Source: Callorhinchus milii
Lineage: Eukaryota
Length of the DNA: 64,000 nucleotides
NCBI RefSeq assembly: GCF_018977255.1
Contig: NW_024704742.1
Location: 76,386,001 to 76,450,000 of the forward strand
Direction: 5' to 3'
Shown here: positions 49,404-61,590 of the stretch, one piece after another
Layout of the letters: the number at the start of each line of letters is the position of its first letter
Position numbering within the stretch: the stretch's first letter is position 1
Translations under genes and position numbers: made by a program
Notes under the pieces: model-generated
Database searches by the model: none
What the model saw: the letters and a program-made list of their open reading frames with translations, nothing else
Told to the model about the DNA's origin: nothing

Positions 49404-51089
49404 AACAACAACAACAAGATTACATTTGTATAGCGCCTTTCATGTCGGGAGGACATCCCAAGGCGCTGGACAGTGTAAAGCATTTCAGATCCGAGCTGGG
49501 GTTAGGGAGGAGAAGGGAGGGGAGGGGAAGAGGAGGTGACCAATGGCATGGTCGAAGAGGAGGGTTTTAAGGCGGGACTAAGGAGGGGGCGAGTGGAGTG
49601 ATTGGGGGATGGAGTTCCAGAGGTTGGGAGCAGAGTGGCTGAAGGCTCTCCCACCAATGGTGGGGCGGGTGGGTCGGAGGACGTGGAGCACGCCAGAGCC
49701 GGCTGAGAGGAGGGAGCGGGCAGGTTAGTAGGGGGTTAGGAGGTCACAGAGGTAGGGTGGGATGAGAACCAGGATTTTGAACTGGATCCTCTGAAGGGAG
49801 CCAATGGAGTCGGGCGAGAATGGGGGAGATGGGGTCACGGAGTTTGGTGCGGGAGAGGACATGGGCTGCAGAGTTCTGGATTATCTGCAGCCTGTGGAGG
49901 GAGGAGTTGGGAAGGCTGACAAGCAGGACGTTTGCATAGTCGAACCTGGAGGTGATGAAGGTATGGACAAGAGTTTCAGCGGCCTGAGGGGTGAGGTAGT
50001 GGCAGAATCGGGCGATGTTACGAAGATGAGGGAAGGCAGAGTGGGTGGGGATGTGGGGAAGAAAAGACAGTTGAGGGTCGAACAAGACCCCTAGGTTCCT
50101 GACTGTCTTGGTGAATTGAAGTGTGCAACCATGGAGATTGATGTTGCTAGAGGCTGAGGTGCTGAGGCGCTGGCACGAGCCAATCAGGAGGGCCTCAGTC
50201 TTGTTCACATTGAACTGTAGGAAATTTTCCCTCATCCAGGACTTGATGTCCGACAGGCAGTCTGTCAGGACAGCATTGGTCCTGGAGTTGAGGGTGGAGG
50301 CAGAAAGATAGAGTTGGATGTCATCCCATACATATGGAAGTTGACCCCATGTCTGCGGATGATGTCACCAAGGGGGAGCATGTAGATATTAAAGAGGAGA
50401 GGGCCAAGGACAGAGCACTGGGGGACGCCATATGTGACAGTGCGGGGGCTGGAGGAGAAACCGTTAGGGGCAACAAAGTGGAGACGGTGAGAGAAATAGG
50501 AATCGAACCAGGCAAGGGCAGGTCCGGGAAGATTGAGTAAAACGGAGAGGGGGTGTACGACGATGGAATGGTCGACAGTGTCGAAGGCGGCAGTGAGATC
50601 GAGGAAGGCAAGGAGGCAGAGAGAGCCCTGATCACAGATGTTCAGAATGTCATTAGTGACTTTGACCGGGGCTGTTTCCCTGCTGTGGGCAGCGCGAAAG
50701 CCGGATTGGAAGGGTTCAAAGAGGAAATAGAGAGAAAGCAGTGGAGCTGGGATGCCACAACTTGTTCCAGGACCTTGGAGAGGAATGGGAGGTTAGAGAT
50801 AGGGCGGTAGCTGGAGAGGAGGGATGGATCCAGGGAAGGTTTTTTCAAGATGGGGGTGATGCTGGCTGTTTTTAGGGGGGTGGGAACTGAACCTGTGGAC
50901 AAGGAGCAGTTGATGACATCGGATAGGAGAGGGGCCAGAAGGTGGAGCTGGGAGATGTGGAGAGAGGTGGGAATGGGATCGAGCAGGTGGTGGGTTTGAG
51001 TTTGCGGACGTTCGTGGTGAGGGAGGAGGGAGAGATAGGGTCGAAGGAGTATAGGAGGGATGGGTGGGGGGTGGGTCATGAGGGAGAGG
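49404..51089 (-). mobile_element. L2 LINE, same subfamily as 44847-46990, 5'-truncated
   Basis: [39 protein letters not shown]; (TTG)n tail. Confidence 0.95.
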
Positions 51090-51280
51090 TAATAATAATA
51101 ATATAATAATAATCCTTGCATTTGATATAGGGCTTTTCATGTCGGGAGGACGTCCCAAAGTGCTTCACAGAACACACTGTAAAGTGAATTGACTGTATAT
51201 TGTGGGTGAACGCGGCAGCCAATTGCGTACAGCAATGTCCCACAAACAGTCGTAGATTGAAAATGACCAATTTATTATTG
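51090..51280 (-). mobile_element. SINE family A, 3' half
   Basis: Near-identical to 58320-58515. Confidence 0.9.
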
Positions 51281-52281
51281 TTCACATTCAACTGTAAGAA
51301 GTTTGCCCTCATCCAGGACTTGATGTCCGACGGGCAGTCTGTCAGGACAGCAGTGGTCCTGGAGTTGAGGGTGGAAGCAGAAAAATATATGAAAGTATTA
51401 CTCTGAGTTTACGTTTTCAATTCCATTTAAAATCTTATAGTAATATTAAAATCTCAGCACCTTGGGACGTCCTCTCGACGTGAAAGGCGATTTACAAATG
51501 TAATTTTGTATTGTATTATATATTACTCTAAGACATATCTGAGAGATCATTTCAAGATTGCAGAGTCTAACTTGTCTATTCATTACTCATAGATCATGCT
51601 TCAAATATTGGTAATTATCCTTATCATTCTCCTCTGCACTGTCTCTAGGTCCCGTGTAACTAAAGCCTTATACAGTTTGAATATGATTTGTGAGTATCTG
51701 ACCTAAAGTGATTTGGCAATATAACCCAGCATCCTGTTTGCATTGTTTATTGCTGCCTCACATTGTTTTAACATGGTGAGGATGAGTCAACTAATATCCT
51801 TAAATCACTTTCAACTTCCCTCTTGGCAAGTTCTATCCTATCCATGGAGTACATGTGTCTCTTGTTCTTACTTCCTATATGCATAACTTGCATTTCTATT
51901 GAGTTAGAGCAGTGTGCTGCTTTTGCATTTGTTTACAAAAATGAATTCGTAAATGTGTAATGTATTATAAAAGTAACTTATTTTGAGTTCATCAAGGTGA
52001 ATGATACATTACAATACAATTTACAATTATATAGCACTTTTCATGTCAGGAGGACATCCTAAAGTGAATTCGTAGTGCTACATTGGCATCCGAGCTGGGG
52101 GTAGGAGCAGAGGGGTTTCAGGGAGAGAACAATGACCAACACTGCAGTCAAAGAGGCTCATTTTGAAACATTTTTTGAACAAGGTGGAGGGAGGTAGCGA
52201 ATTGGAGGGACCCTGGGATGGAGTTCCAGAGAATGGGGGCACTTGGAATGGCTGAATCCTTGCCTGCCAATGATGGGGAGG

Positions 52282-52585
52282 ATAATAATAATCCTTGCAC
52301 TTGATATAGCGCTTTTCACATCTTCTAGACATCTCAAAGCGCTTCACAGAATATACTGTAAAGTGAATTGACTGTATATTTGTGGGCGAACCACGGCAGC
52401 CAATTGCGCACAGCAGTATCCCACAAACAGTCATGGATTGAAGTGACCAATTTCATTTTTTTTTCTTGAGGAATCATTATCAGATGTGTGGAGTAAGGAA
52501 ACTTGCCCAAGGTTTCGCCCTGACAGGAATCGAACCCAAGTCTCTCGCTCGCGAGGCGAATGCTCTAACCACTGAGTTACAGGAT
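52282..52585 (-). mobile_element. SINE family A (internally deleted), abutting an L2 3' fragment (52010-52281)
   Basis: Family A head and tail on the minus strand. Confidence 0.85.
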
Positions 52586-53865
52586 TAAGGACAGGGGAAC
52601 GTGAAACAGGATACTAGTGCTGAGAAATGGAACACTTTGCCATTTCACATTTCAGTGTCAGCATCAACCACTTCCTATTTCAAGCGAAGCATGGATGGAC
52701 TCAGAATAAAACTTTCTCGATTTACAATTCCAAAATCTACTTAGTTACAAAATCCCACCTCTGACCGTACCTCAACCCCAATGCAGCGGAAACCATGCCT
52801 CCGATACCTTCTGCCTGGAAACAAGGGCCGGATGGCCTACTCCTGCTCCTACATGAAACAGAGCTGTATCACACAGATCCAAAAGAATGTTGCTTCCCTG
52901 CACCCAGAAATAGCTAATTGCCCCACGAAGCTCCAAGAGCCTATCTCCCCCATCTTCACCTGGCTCCACTGACTCAACATGCCCCAGTACATCAAGTTCA
53001 AAATACTTGTCCTAAACTTTAAATCCTTCTACGGTGTTGCCCCACCATCTCTGAGCTCCTAAAAATTGTATAAACCTGGTCACTCCCCCCCACTCAGTAT
53101 CATATCCTCCACCCCACCCCACCTACCCCACCATAAGCAGAGGGGATTTTTGCTATCTGCTCCCACTCTCTGGAATTCCATCTCGCTATTCGTGACTCCA
53201 AATACGTCTTTGCAAATCCAGATAACAAATAATGGATTTTAAATCCCAATACACCCTATCATGAACTTGATTTTGCTCATTTTGTCTTCTGAGGGAAAAT
53301 CCTACGGGCTTTTGTTGCATCCACAGGGAACTGAAAAAATGCGGAATAGCACATATTTTCCCAACTTTTTTTTAATATCATATCTGCACACCAAAAATAA
53401 CTAGGAAGAAGTATTCTCACAGATCAGGAACTGATTGGGGGTGGGAGAAAAATGTTGTTAAACTGCATTTTTCTTCTCCCACATACTTGTTCACAAATAG
53501 GACCAACACATTTATGGCTGTACTCCCTGAGGGAATAAATGTCTTATGTGGGCAACATACTGATATCCCCAGAAATCTGGTTTAGTTGACTACAGTAATA
53601 ATAATAATAATCCTTGCATTTGATACAGCACCTTATCACATTGTCGATACATCTCACATAATAGAGAGAGACTGTAAAAGGCCAATACCTTTCAGCAGTT
53701 ATGGGCCATGGTTAAAGACTAACAATGACCTCTACTGGGAATACTCCTCATTACCAGCTCTTTAAGAGTTTAAAATAAGGGTTTCATAAACAGGACAGGA
53801 GAACACAACATTACTCATTGTTTGACACATCTTAATAAGAAGGTCCTAAGCCATGTTTTTCATAA

Positions 53866-54292
53866 GTCAGTCTGTCTCAGTTATAGTACTCTCGCCTTCA
53901 AGTCAGAAGGTTGTGGGTTCAAACACCATGCCAGGACTTGAAATCGTATAGTCTCAGCTGACACCCCAATGCAGTGCTTGGTTTGTGTTGCATTGTTGGA
54001 GGTGCCATCCTTTGGATGAGACATTAAACCGAGGTCCCATCTGCCTGTTCAGGTGGATGTTAAAGATTCTATGGCACTATTCGAGAAGACAAGGGAGTTT
54101 TTCCTGGCCAATAATCCCCCAAATAAAAATGGTCACTCTGTTATGGGACTGTTGTGGGACACTGCTGTGTGCAAACTGGCTGCCGAGTTCAACAAAATAC
54201 AGTCAATCTACATTACAGTATATCCTGTGAAGCGCTTTGAGACATCTCAATGACATAATAGTGTTATATCAAATGCAAGATTATTATTATTA
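53866..54292 (+). mobile_element. Deu-domain SINE (family B), full length
   Basis: tRNA-like head; core GGAGGTGCCATCCTTTGGATGAGACATTAAACCGAGGTCCCATCTGCCTGTTCAGGTGGATGTTAAAGAT; L2-like tail. Confidence 0.85.
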
Positions 54293-54671
54293 CATTCACC
54301 TAAACATGCAGTCACTGCACTTTACAGTAAATCCTGTGAAACACTTCGCGATGTCCTCCTAGAATGAAGAATGCTACATCAAATGTAATGGATTCAGAAT
54401 ATTCAGAGAGTCAAAAATCTAGGAGGGAAAACGCCAGCCTATTATTTTTTAGCCTGTTCTGACTTTCAGGATTCAAAAGACTGATTTAAAATTAACTCTG
54501 GTTGTTGCAACCAACTTAACAATTCCTCTTTATGAATATGATGTTTAATATCCCTGTGAACTGTGGGGTTCCTAACTATCACATGTAAACAATTTAATCA
54601 TGTTTGTTAGTGGTAATGAAATTACAACAATCATTGCTGATGTTTCTACAACAATGTGTAACTAAAGCCTC

Positions 54672-55085
54672 TAATAATAATAATATTCCTTGCATTTGGT
54701 AAAATGATCCATCACTTCAGAAGAACATCTCAAAACCTTCACAGGATTTAATGTGGAACGGAGTGACTGTGTATTTGCAGATAAATGTGTCAACACAATT
54801 GAGCACAGCAATATCCCACAAACAGCCATGAAACGAATGACAAATTTTATTTGGAGGATTATTGGCCAGGACACCACGAGAAACTAACTTCTCTTTTCTA
54901 ACAGTGCTATGGGATCTTTAAAATCCACCTGGGCAGGCAGACAGGTCATTGGTTTGATGTCTCATCTAAAGGATGGCACTTCCAACAATACAGTACACGC
55001 CCAGCACCACACAAGAGTGTCAGCTTAAATTATGTGATTCAAACTTCCAACTTCAACCCACAACCTTCTGACTCAAAGGCGAGAG
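54672..55085 (-). mobile_element. Deu-domain SINE (family B)
   Basis: Inverted relative to 53866-54292. Confidence 0.8.
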
Positions 55086-55924
55086 TGCAGCAAGGATGAG
55101 CATTGCTCCCATGAGCAGTAATGCGATTGTGAGGCCATCAATACTCTCCTTACTGGTTCCTGTGCTCAGCGCCTGTATGCCACAGCATTCGTTCTGGTAC
55201 CCACGAAGGCATCTCAAGAGAAAAGCAAAACCACTGATACACTCCTGTCATCCGATACATGTTAAACCCATGTCCTGTCTGCCTGTTCAGGTGGATTTTA
55301 AAGATCACATGGCACTATTCAAAAAGAAAAAGTTTCTCCTGGTGTCCTGACCTACAATCTACAGAATAACTATAATGTGCACAAATTGTTGCATTGGCGT
55401 ACAAAATACACAGTCACCACACGTCACAGTAAAATCCTGCGAAGGGCATTAGGGCATTTCGATAACGTGATAAGGCACGTATCAAATGAAAAAAATGATT
55501 ATTATTATTTGACAGAAGTAGTGGTCGTATCTGGCTGTTTGACAGACTATTGGTTGAAAACATTCCAGTCTCTCTCTCTCTTTCTCTCATTCAAAAGCCC
55601 ACTTGCGAAGCCCTGCTTCGACCGTGCCTTCAGTCACCCTCCTACTCCTATTCTCCCTGTGCTCCACCCTTCCTAACCCCAACCACCGATCCCTGACTGT
55701 CCAACGCCTTGGACGTGAAAGGCACTATACAAATGTAATTTGTTGTTGTTCAAGTAATAATTTGTTTGTGTGTTTTATTGCACTTCAAATGATTGAGATT
55801 GCTATTATGCAGTTTTGTCTGCCTGTGGCATGGGCTATTCGACATGCTTAAACTAGACTGAGAGCCAAACCTCAGGAATGATGTGTTCCTGTCACCTAGC
55901 AACTGCACATTATGCGGAACCCTA

Positions 55925-56100
55925 CATACGCACACACACGCATGCCCGCACACATGCAGATAAAACTCACGTAGAATCACACAATGCACTTAAATACGCC
56001 TATGCACATTACACACACACAAAATGCATACCACGTGCACACACCACACACAGACACACACATGCACACCCCACACATGTACACCACGCATCCCACACAA
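55925..56100. repeat. Degenerate (CA)n-rich low-complexity tract (resumes at 56755-57075)
   Basis: Direct CA/TA/TG composition. Confidence 0.9.
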
Positions 56101-56114
56101 GAATGTTATAGACC

Positions 56115-56728
56115 ACATATCCTCCTGGGGTTGGGGTGGGGGAGGTAAGCGGGGTCTACTTGGAGTTAAACTGGCTTCAAGGTGACTTGTTTGGCACGGA
56201 ATGCCAAAATCAAGTGCATCCTCTGGAGGTCTCAGTAGTCCGGTTCCTGACTCAGGTGGGTCTGCAGTATTCCAGGGCACTACTGATGACAGCACAGTCA
56301 GCCTGAATCATCAGTTGGACCTGGAAGGGTAGACCAGTCACTGGAGGCAGGGAGTCATCCCACTCAGCTCCTGTTAACCCTGCAAGCAAAAGCCCTAACA
56401 GGTAGGGTGGTCCTAGCCCGACAAGTAATGGGAAAGCTTGCTGGACAGCAATATCAATGGCAATCTATGTGGTTTCAGCTGGTTAGACTCCAGCAGTTAC
56501 CCCAACACACACTCTGGGGTCCCCAAGCCTTGGCTGTTGACAACCCTCGCCTCATACTTTCCGGAATTAGGTAAGCAGGATGCATCCCTCCAAGGAGAGA
56601 GTGCGCAATCCATTCCAACAATCTATCTCTGGGATTTCCATGTGTAGGTGGGATGCATGGAAATCTCAACTTGGTTTTGAAACTTAAGATTAGTGATGGG
56701 TTTCCACATGTGTCAGACACCTGGCTGC
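56115..56728 (+). repeat. Family X repeat, longest copy (~610 bp)
   Basis: Used as reference copy; several partial homologs lie elsewhere in the window. Confidence 0.75.
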
Positions 56729-57249
56729 TCCCCCCACCCCTCCCCCCAAAACAAATACACCACACATCGCATATATATGAGCACTCCACACACACACACC
56801 TGCACATTTATATGCATACAACACGCACACCACACACACACATAACATACACACATGCACACGGACACACCACACACACATACACAGTTAATGTGTGTGC
56901 AGTGTGTGCATGTGTATGTGTGAATAATCTGTCTGTTTGTGCATTTGGTATGTGCAGGTGACACACATACACACCATACAGACGCACATTATATACATAT
57001 ACATGCATACCCCCCCACACACAGATACACACACACACGTCCACATACATACACGTGGAAACACCCACACAATCACAACTAGTTACATAACTGATGCATC
57101 CTGTAGTACCCTGTGAAGTGAGCAGAAGTTCAGTGGAAGTTCAAATTACATTCCATTTTGTGCACTTTGTGAACCTCTAATCACTTTAAAACTGTAATTT
57201 GCTAACTACTACACAGTTTAAGTTAGGTTTCAGAAGCAGGTGGTCACAA

Positions 57250-57495
57250 GTTCAAATTCCAGCTCGTTTTAGTCTGTTAGACCATTTTGTCTTAAAATTT
57301 AAGATTGAGCAAAACTGAAGAAAAGCTTTAAATTCACTTTGAAACCAGATGTTTTTTTCGCAGAATTTCAAAAGTTTCCAAGTTTCAAAAGCTTCCAAGT
57401 TTAAACTGAAGTTAATAATTTTCCACAACTCCGCACAATCTTAAATTTTAAGCCAAAATAGTCTTACAGGCTAAGACTAGGTGGAATTTCTGAAC
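57250..57495. mobile_element. Fold-back MITE-like element with ~60-bp imperfect terminal inverted repeats
   Basis: GTTCAAATTCCAGCTCGTTTTAGTCTGTTAGACCATTTTGTCTTAAAATTTAAGATTGAGC pairs with GCACAATCTTAAATTTTAAGCCAAAATAGTCTTACAGGCTAAGACTAGGTGGAATTTCTGAAC. Confidence 0.7.
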
Positions 57496-57744
57496 CTCGA
57501 CTGATTCAATGATGCCGCTCACAAATTAAGTGATGCCATAATTCCATTGTTTTTAACAAACAAAATAACTCAAAATAGTTTTTTCTCATTAATTTTTTGA
57601 CTTCTCTCAAAGATTTTTAACTCCATTTTTCTTTCTGTTTTCTAAGATCATTGAGACATCTCAAAGGTGTGATAAGGTGCTATATCAAATGCAAGGAATA
57701 TTATTATTACTGCAGTAGAATTCTAGGGATGCAGAGAGAGAAAA

Positions 57745-58311
57745 CCTAAATGAAAATGAAAAGGACTTGGGGGTCCTGATTGACAATAAATTGAAGAACA
57801 AACCCAACAATGTTCTGTGGCAGTGAGCAAAGCAAACCAGATGTTATTATGTATCAACAGATCAATAGCAAGCCGAAATGGTGGGGTAATCCTGCCACTG
57901 TATAAATCATTGGTGAGACCACACTTAGAGTACAGTTCTGGTCATTGCAGTACAACAAGGATATATTGGAGAAATCGAGAAGGTACTGAGGAGAGCACCC
58001 AAAATGATTGAGGGAATGGAAGGACTGGATTGTGAGGAGCGACTAAATAAATTGGGCATGTTCACGCTGAGAAAGAGAAGATTGAGAGGCGATATGATTG
58101 CTGTCTTTAAGATTCTAAAGAGGCAAGACAATATAGATTATGACAGTCTGTTTCAACTTGTCCAGAATAGTAAAACCAGAGGACACGGCCTGCGATTGAA
58201 AGGGGGTAAAATTCAGAACAAATCTGTGCAAAAGGAAATGGTTAAAGCAGGAAGTGTTGATTCTTTCAAACATAGATTAGGTAGTTTTCTTTTAGGAAAT
58301 AACATTATGGG

Positions 58312-58345
<34 letters not shown>

Positions 58346-58716
58346 CCTTGCATTTGATATAGCGCTTTTCACGTCGGGAGGACGTCCCAAAGCGCTTCAC
58401 AGAAACACACTGTAAAGTGAATTGACTGTATATTTCTGGGCGAACGCAGCAGCCAATTGCGCACAGCAATGTCCCACAAAGAGTTGTAGATTGAAAATGA
58501 CCAATTTATTATTGTTTTTGGTTTTGGAGGGATTATTATTAGGCATGTGGCGTAAGGAAACTTGCCCAAGGTTTCGCCCTGTCTGGAATTGAACTCAGGT
58601 CTCTCACTACATAGTACATAGGTAGTTTGCATATGTCCATGCGAACACCAGGAAGGTGGAAGGCGAACTAGATCGACCTTGTTTTTTTTCATCTAGCAGT
58701 TCTTATGTTCTTATGT
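57745..58716 (+). mobile_element. CR1-type LINE 3' region interrupted by a family A SINE (58315-58610, minus strand)
   Basis: EKDLGVLID, LYKSLVRPHLEY, LRKRRLRGDMIAVFKIL, KTRGHGLRL; (TTCTTATG)2 tail at about 58700-58715. Confidence 0.9.
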
Positions 58717-59170
58717 AACCTGAGCCAAATGAGTCATTATACCTTTGTGAGGCTTGACAGCCAAGGGCAATTATACCACCGCAACTACTGCTCGTCTGAG
58801 CTAACTCAGCACGGACATGGAGCTAAATCTAAGACCTTCCTACTCTATATGGCTTAGCTATTCATTAAGTATGTGTGTCAGCCTGCCTCAGTGGTAGCAC
58901 TCCTGCCTCTGAATATAGAAGGTTGTGGGTTCAAGCCCCATGTTAGGAATAGTCTAGGCTCACATTCCAATGCAGTCCTGGGCCTGAGATGCCATCCATT
59001 GGATGAGGTCCCATCTGCCTGTTCAGTAAATCCCACAGCACTATTCGAAAAGAGAAGGGAATTTTTCCTAGTTTCTTGGCCAACAATTGATCACTCATAA
59101 CTACTGTTATTTGTGTGATCAGCAAGACAGTGCTGCAAAGAGCAGGTTCAGCCAAGGGTGATTCGACATA

Positions 59171-59425
59171 CAGTCGGACCCACTATAACACTGTTTTTTG
59201 GGTTGATAAGATTACATCCCATGTTGTAACGGGGATGCAAAATAAAAATGGCCACTACTGCCACTTCCCGGTTGTGAGGCTGCTGCCAGGGTCACTTCTG
59301 GTGCTGACTGCTGGCATTCTGCATACATGTGCATACACAGAAAGTCACCTAGTCAGCACTGGATACTAGCAGTGTTGGGTTTTGTATATGTCCACCACTG
59401 GGTTCCTAAATAGTGGGGGTCCACA
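59171..59425. mobile_element. Probable Tigger/pogo-like MITE
   Basis: TA|CAGTCGGACCCACTAT ... ATAGTGGGGGTCCACA|TA imperfect TIRs. Confidence 0.5.
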
Positions 59426-59589
59426 TAATTTACGCTGCCTCATGCTATTATAATGCATTGCCTTGCAATGGAATCAGCTCTAAGTTGCTTTTTTTCATTA
59501 CACATTGATTGTGATGGCAAAAGTGGCATAACAGCAAACCTGTAATGTAAAATCAGAGTTATGGTATTTCACCAATTATAAATCAACAA

Positions 59590-59967
59590 TAATAATACTA
59601 ATAATAATCCTTGCATTTGATATAGCTGCTTATCACGTCTTCAAGTTGTCTCAAAGTGCTTCACAGAATATACTGTAAAGTGAATTGACTGTGTATTTTG
59701 TGGGCGAAATGTGGCAGCCAATTGTGCTCAGCAGTGTCCCACAGACAGGCGTGGATTGATTGACCAAATAATAATTTTTTTTAAGGGATTATTACCCCCT
59801 GAAAAGCGATCCGCCAATCGACTAACAGCCGGGTTCCTACTTACTGCTAGGTAAACAGAGGCGTGTGGAAGAAGGAAACTTGCCCAACATTTTTCCCTGT
59901 CCAGAATCAAACCCAGGTCCACTCGCTTGTGAGGCGAGTGCTCCAACCACTAAGTTACAGGACTCCA
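59590..59967 (-). mobile_element. SINE family A, long form, full length
   Basis: Reverse complement of the 39494-39853 type. Confidence 0.9.
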
Positions 59968-61039
59968 CATATATAATGCTTTTTACACCAGGAGGATATC
60001 TCAAAGCACTTCACACAAGTTATTGGAAGTCTGAGCTGGTAGTGGGGAGGAGGGAGATGCTAAAATCAGAGAAGAAAAAATCACTGAAAGCATGAGATAG
60101 AGGGGTTGGACTTCAGGATTGACTTCCACAGAACAGGAGCAGTATGGCTCAAAGCTTCACCACTGATGGTGGGGCAGATTGGGCTGGGAACATGAAACAG
60201 GCTGGTGTTAGTTGTGCGGAACGAGCTTGCAGGAAGCCTTGGAGACATTTGAATAAAAGTGGCATAAGTGGAACTCTCGGTCTGGTTTGGATACTCTTGA
60301 GTTACTCAGTTCCACCATTTTGTTTTTATCTGAGAGGCCCAAACCTCTCCAGCCTTAGCCTATAAGACTATATTGTCTTAAAATTTAAGACTTTAAAAGA
60401 TGTGAGGGAGCGAGCTAGTGGGAGGGACTCAGGGATGGAGTCTAAACATCCACAATTGACTGTATTTGACCATTTCATAACAACAAGAAGAACAGTAACT
60501 TACACTTATATAGTGCCCTCCACACCGGGTGGCATCTCAGAGCGCTTTGGGTGAAATTTTGCCAATTTATAATGCATTCAATGATAATAATAATATTAAT
60601 GGTGACATTCCCTCCTTTCCCTAGATGGTGAAGCTCTGCAGGTATGTCTCAATGAAAAGCGGAGTTGATCTCAGGGAAGAAATAGCTCGTACCCAGCCTT
60701 CAGGCCAACTGAACCAAGGGATGTAATTAACCGCTGGGGCATGTGTTGAGAGTCCTACCATATTACGTACTGTACTTGAGAAAGATTTGTCAACATGATA
60801 TATCCAGTAACTCAACTGGTTCATCTAGTTCTTTGAATTCAAAGGTGCCTTTATTTTCAAGACATGACAAATGGGTTTATCGCTGTGAAGAACAAAGGCT
60901 GTCTGTCTCTCAAATATTTTCTCATACTTTCTTTGAAATGATTTACCAATTGCTAAATATAGATTTCCTTTGAATCATTGAATTTCCTTGAGCTTCTAGA
61001 CTTTCGGTACAATAGAACGCAATTCACATGTAAATATGC

Positions 61040-61590
61040 CTTTCACATCGGGAGCATATCTCAAAGCACGTTACACAGCTGGCTGGGCATCTGAGCCAGG
61101 GTGGGGGAAGGGGATAAACATGATCATGCTGAGTGGCTTTAAAAGAGGTGACACAGAATCCCCAAGGCACCAGAGAGCAGGGTAGAATGGATGAAAACTC
61201 ACCCACCAATGGTGGGGAAGATCAGGTAGAGGACATAAAGCAAACTAGTGTTCTCTGAGTAAAGGGAGAGTCAGTTCAGTTTGGTAGGGGTGTAGAAGGT
61301 CAAGGAGGTAGGGGAGCGAAACCTTGGAGGGATCTGAATGTGAGGATGAGGTTCTTGATTTTGATCTGTTGGCGCATGTGGAGCCAATGGAGCCAAGCAA
61401 GAATGGGGGTGAGGAGCCCGCTGACACCGGTGTGAGAGAGGCCATGAGATGCAGAGTTCTGGGTGGTCTGTAGCTTGAGTTGGAAGGAGCTGGGGCACCC
61501 AGTGAGCAGGGCATTGGAACAGTGAAGCCTGCACATATTGAAGGGATGAATGAGGATTTCAAAACCCTGAGGGGGAGAGGGGGAGGTGGA
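61040..61590 (-). mobile_element. Degenerate L2 LINE 3' fragment
   Basis: KLQTTQNSA...LAWLHWLHMRQQIKIKNLILTF. Confidence 0.8.

Noticed and set aside
56360..56405. TAACCCT/CCCTAAC words suggesting a telomerase RNA template
   Set aside because: No complete CTAACCCTAA template or recognisable pseudoknot/CR4-5 motifs; the words are not conserved among family X copies.
56653..57076. His/Thr- and Cys/Val-rich ORFs
   Set aside because: Translations of a CA/TG microsatellite.
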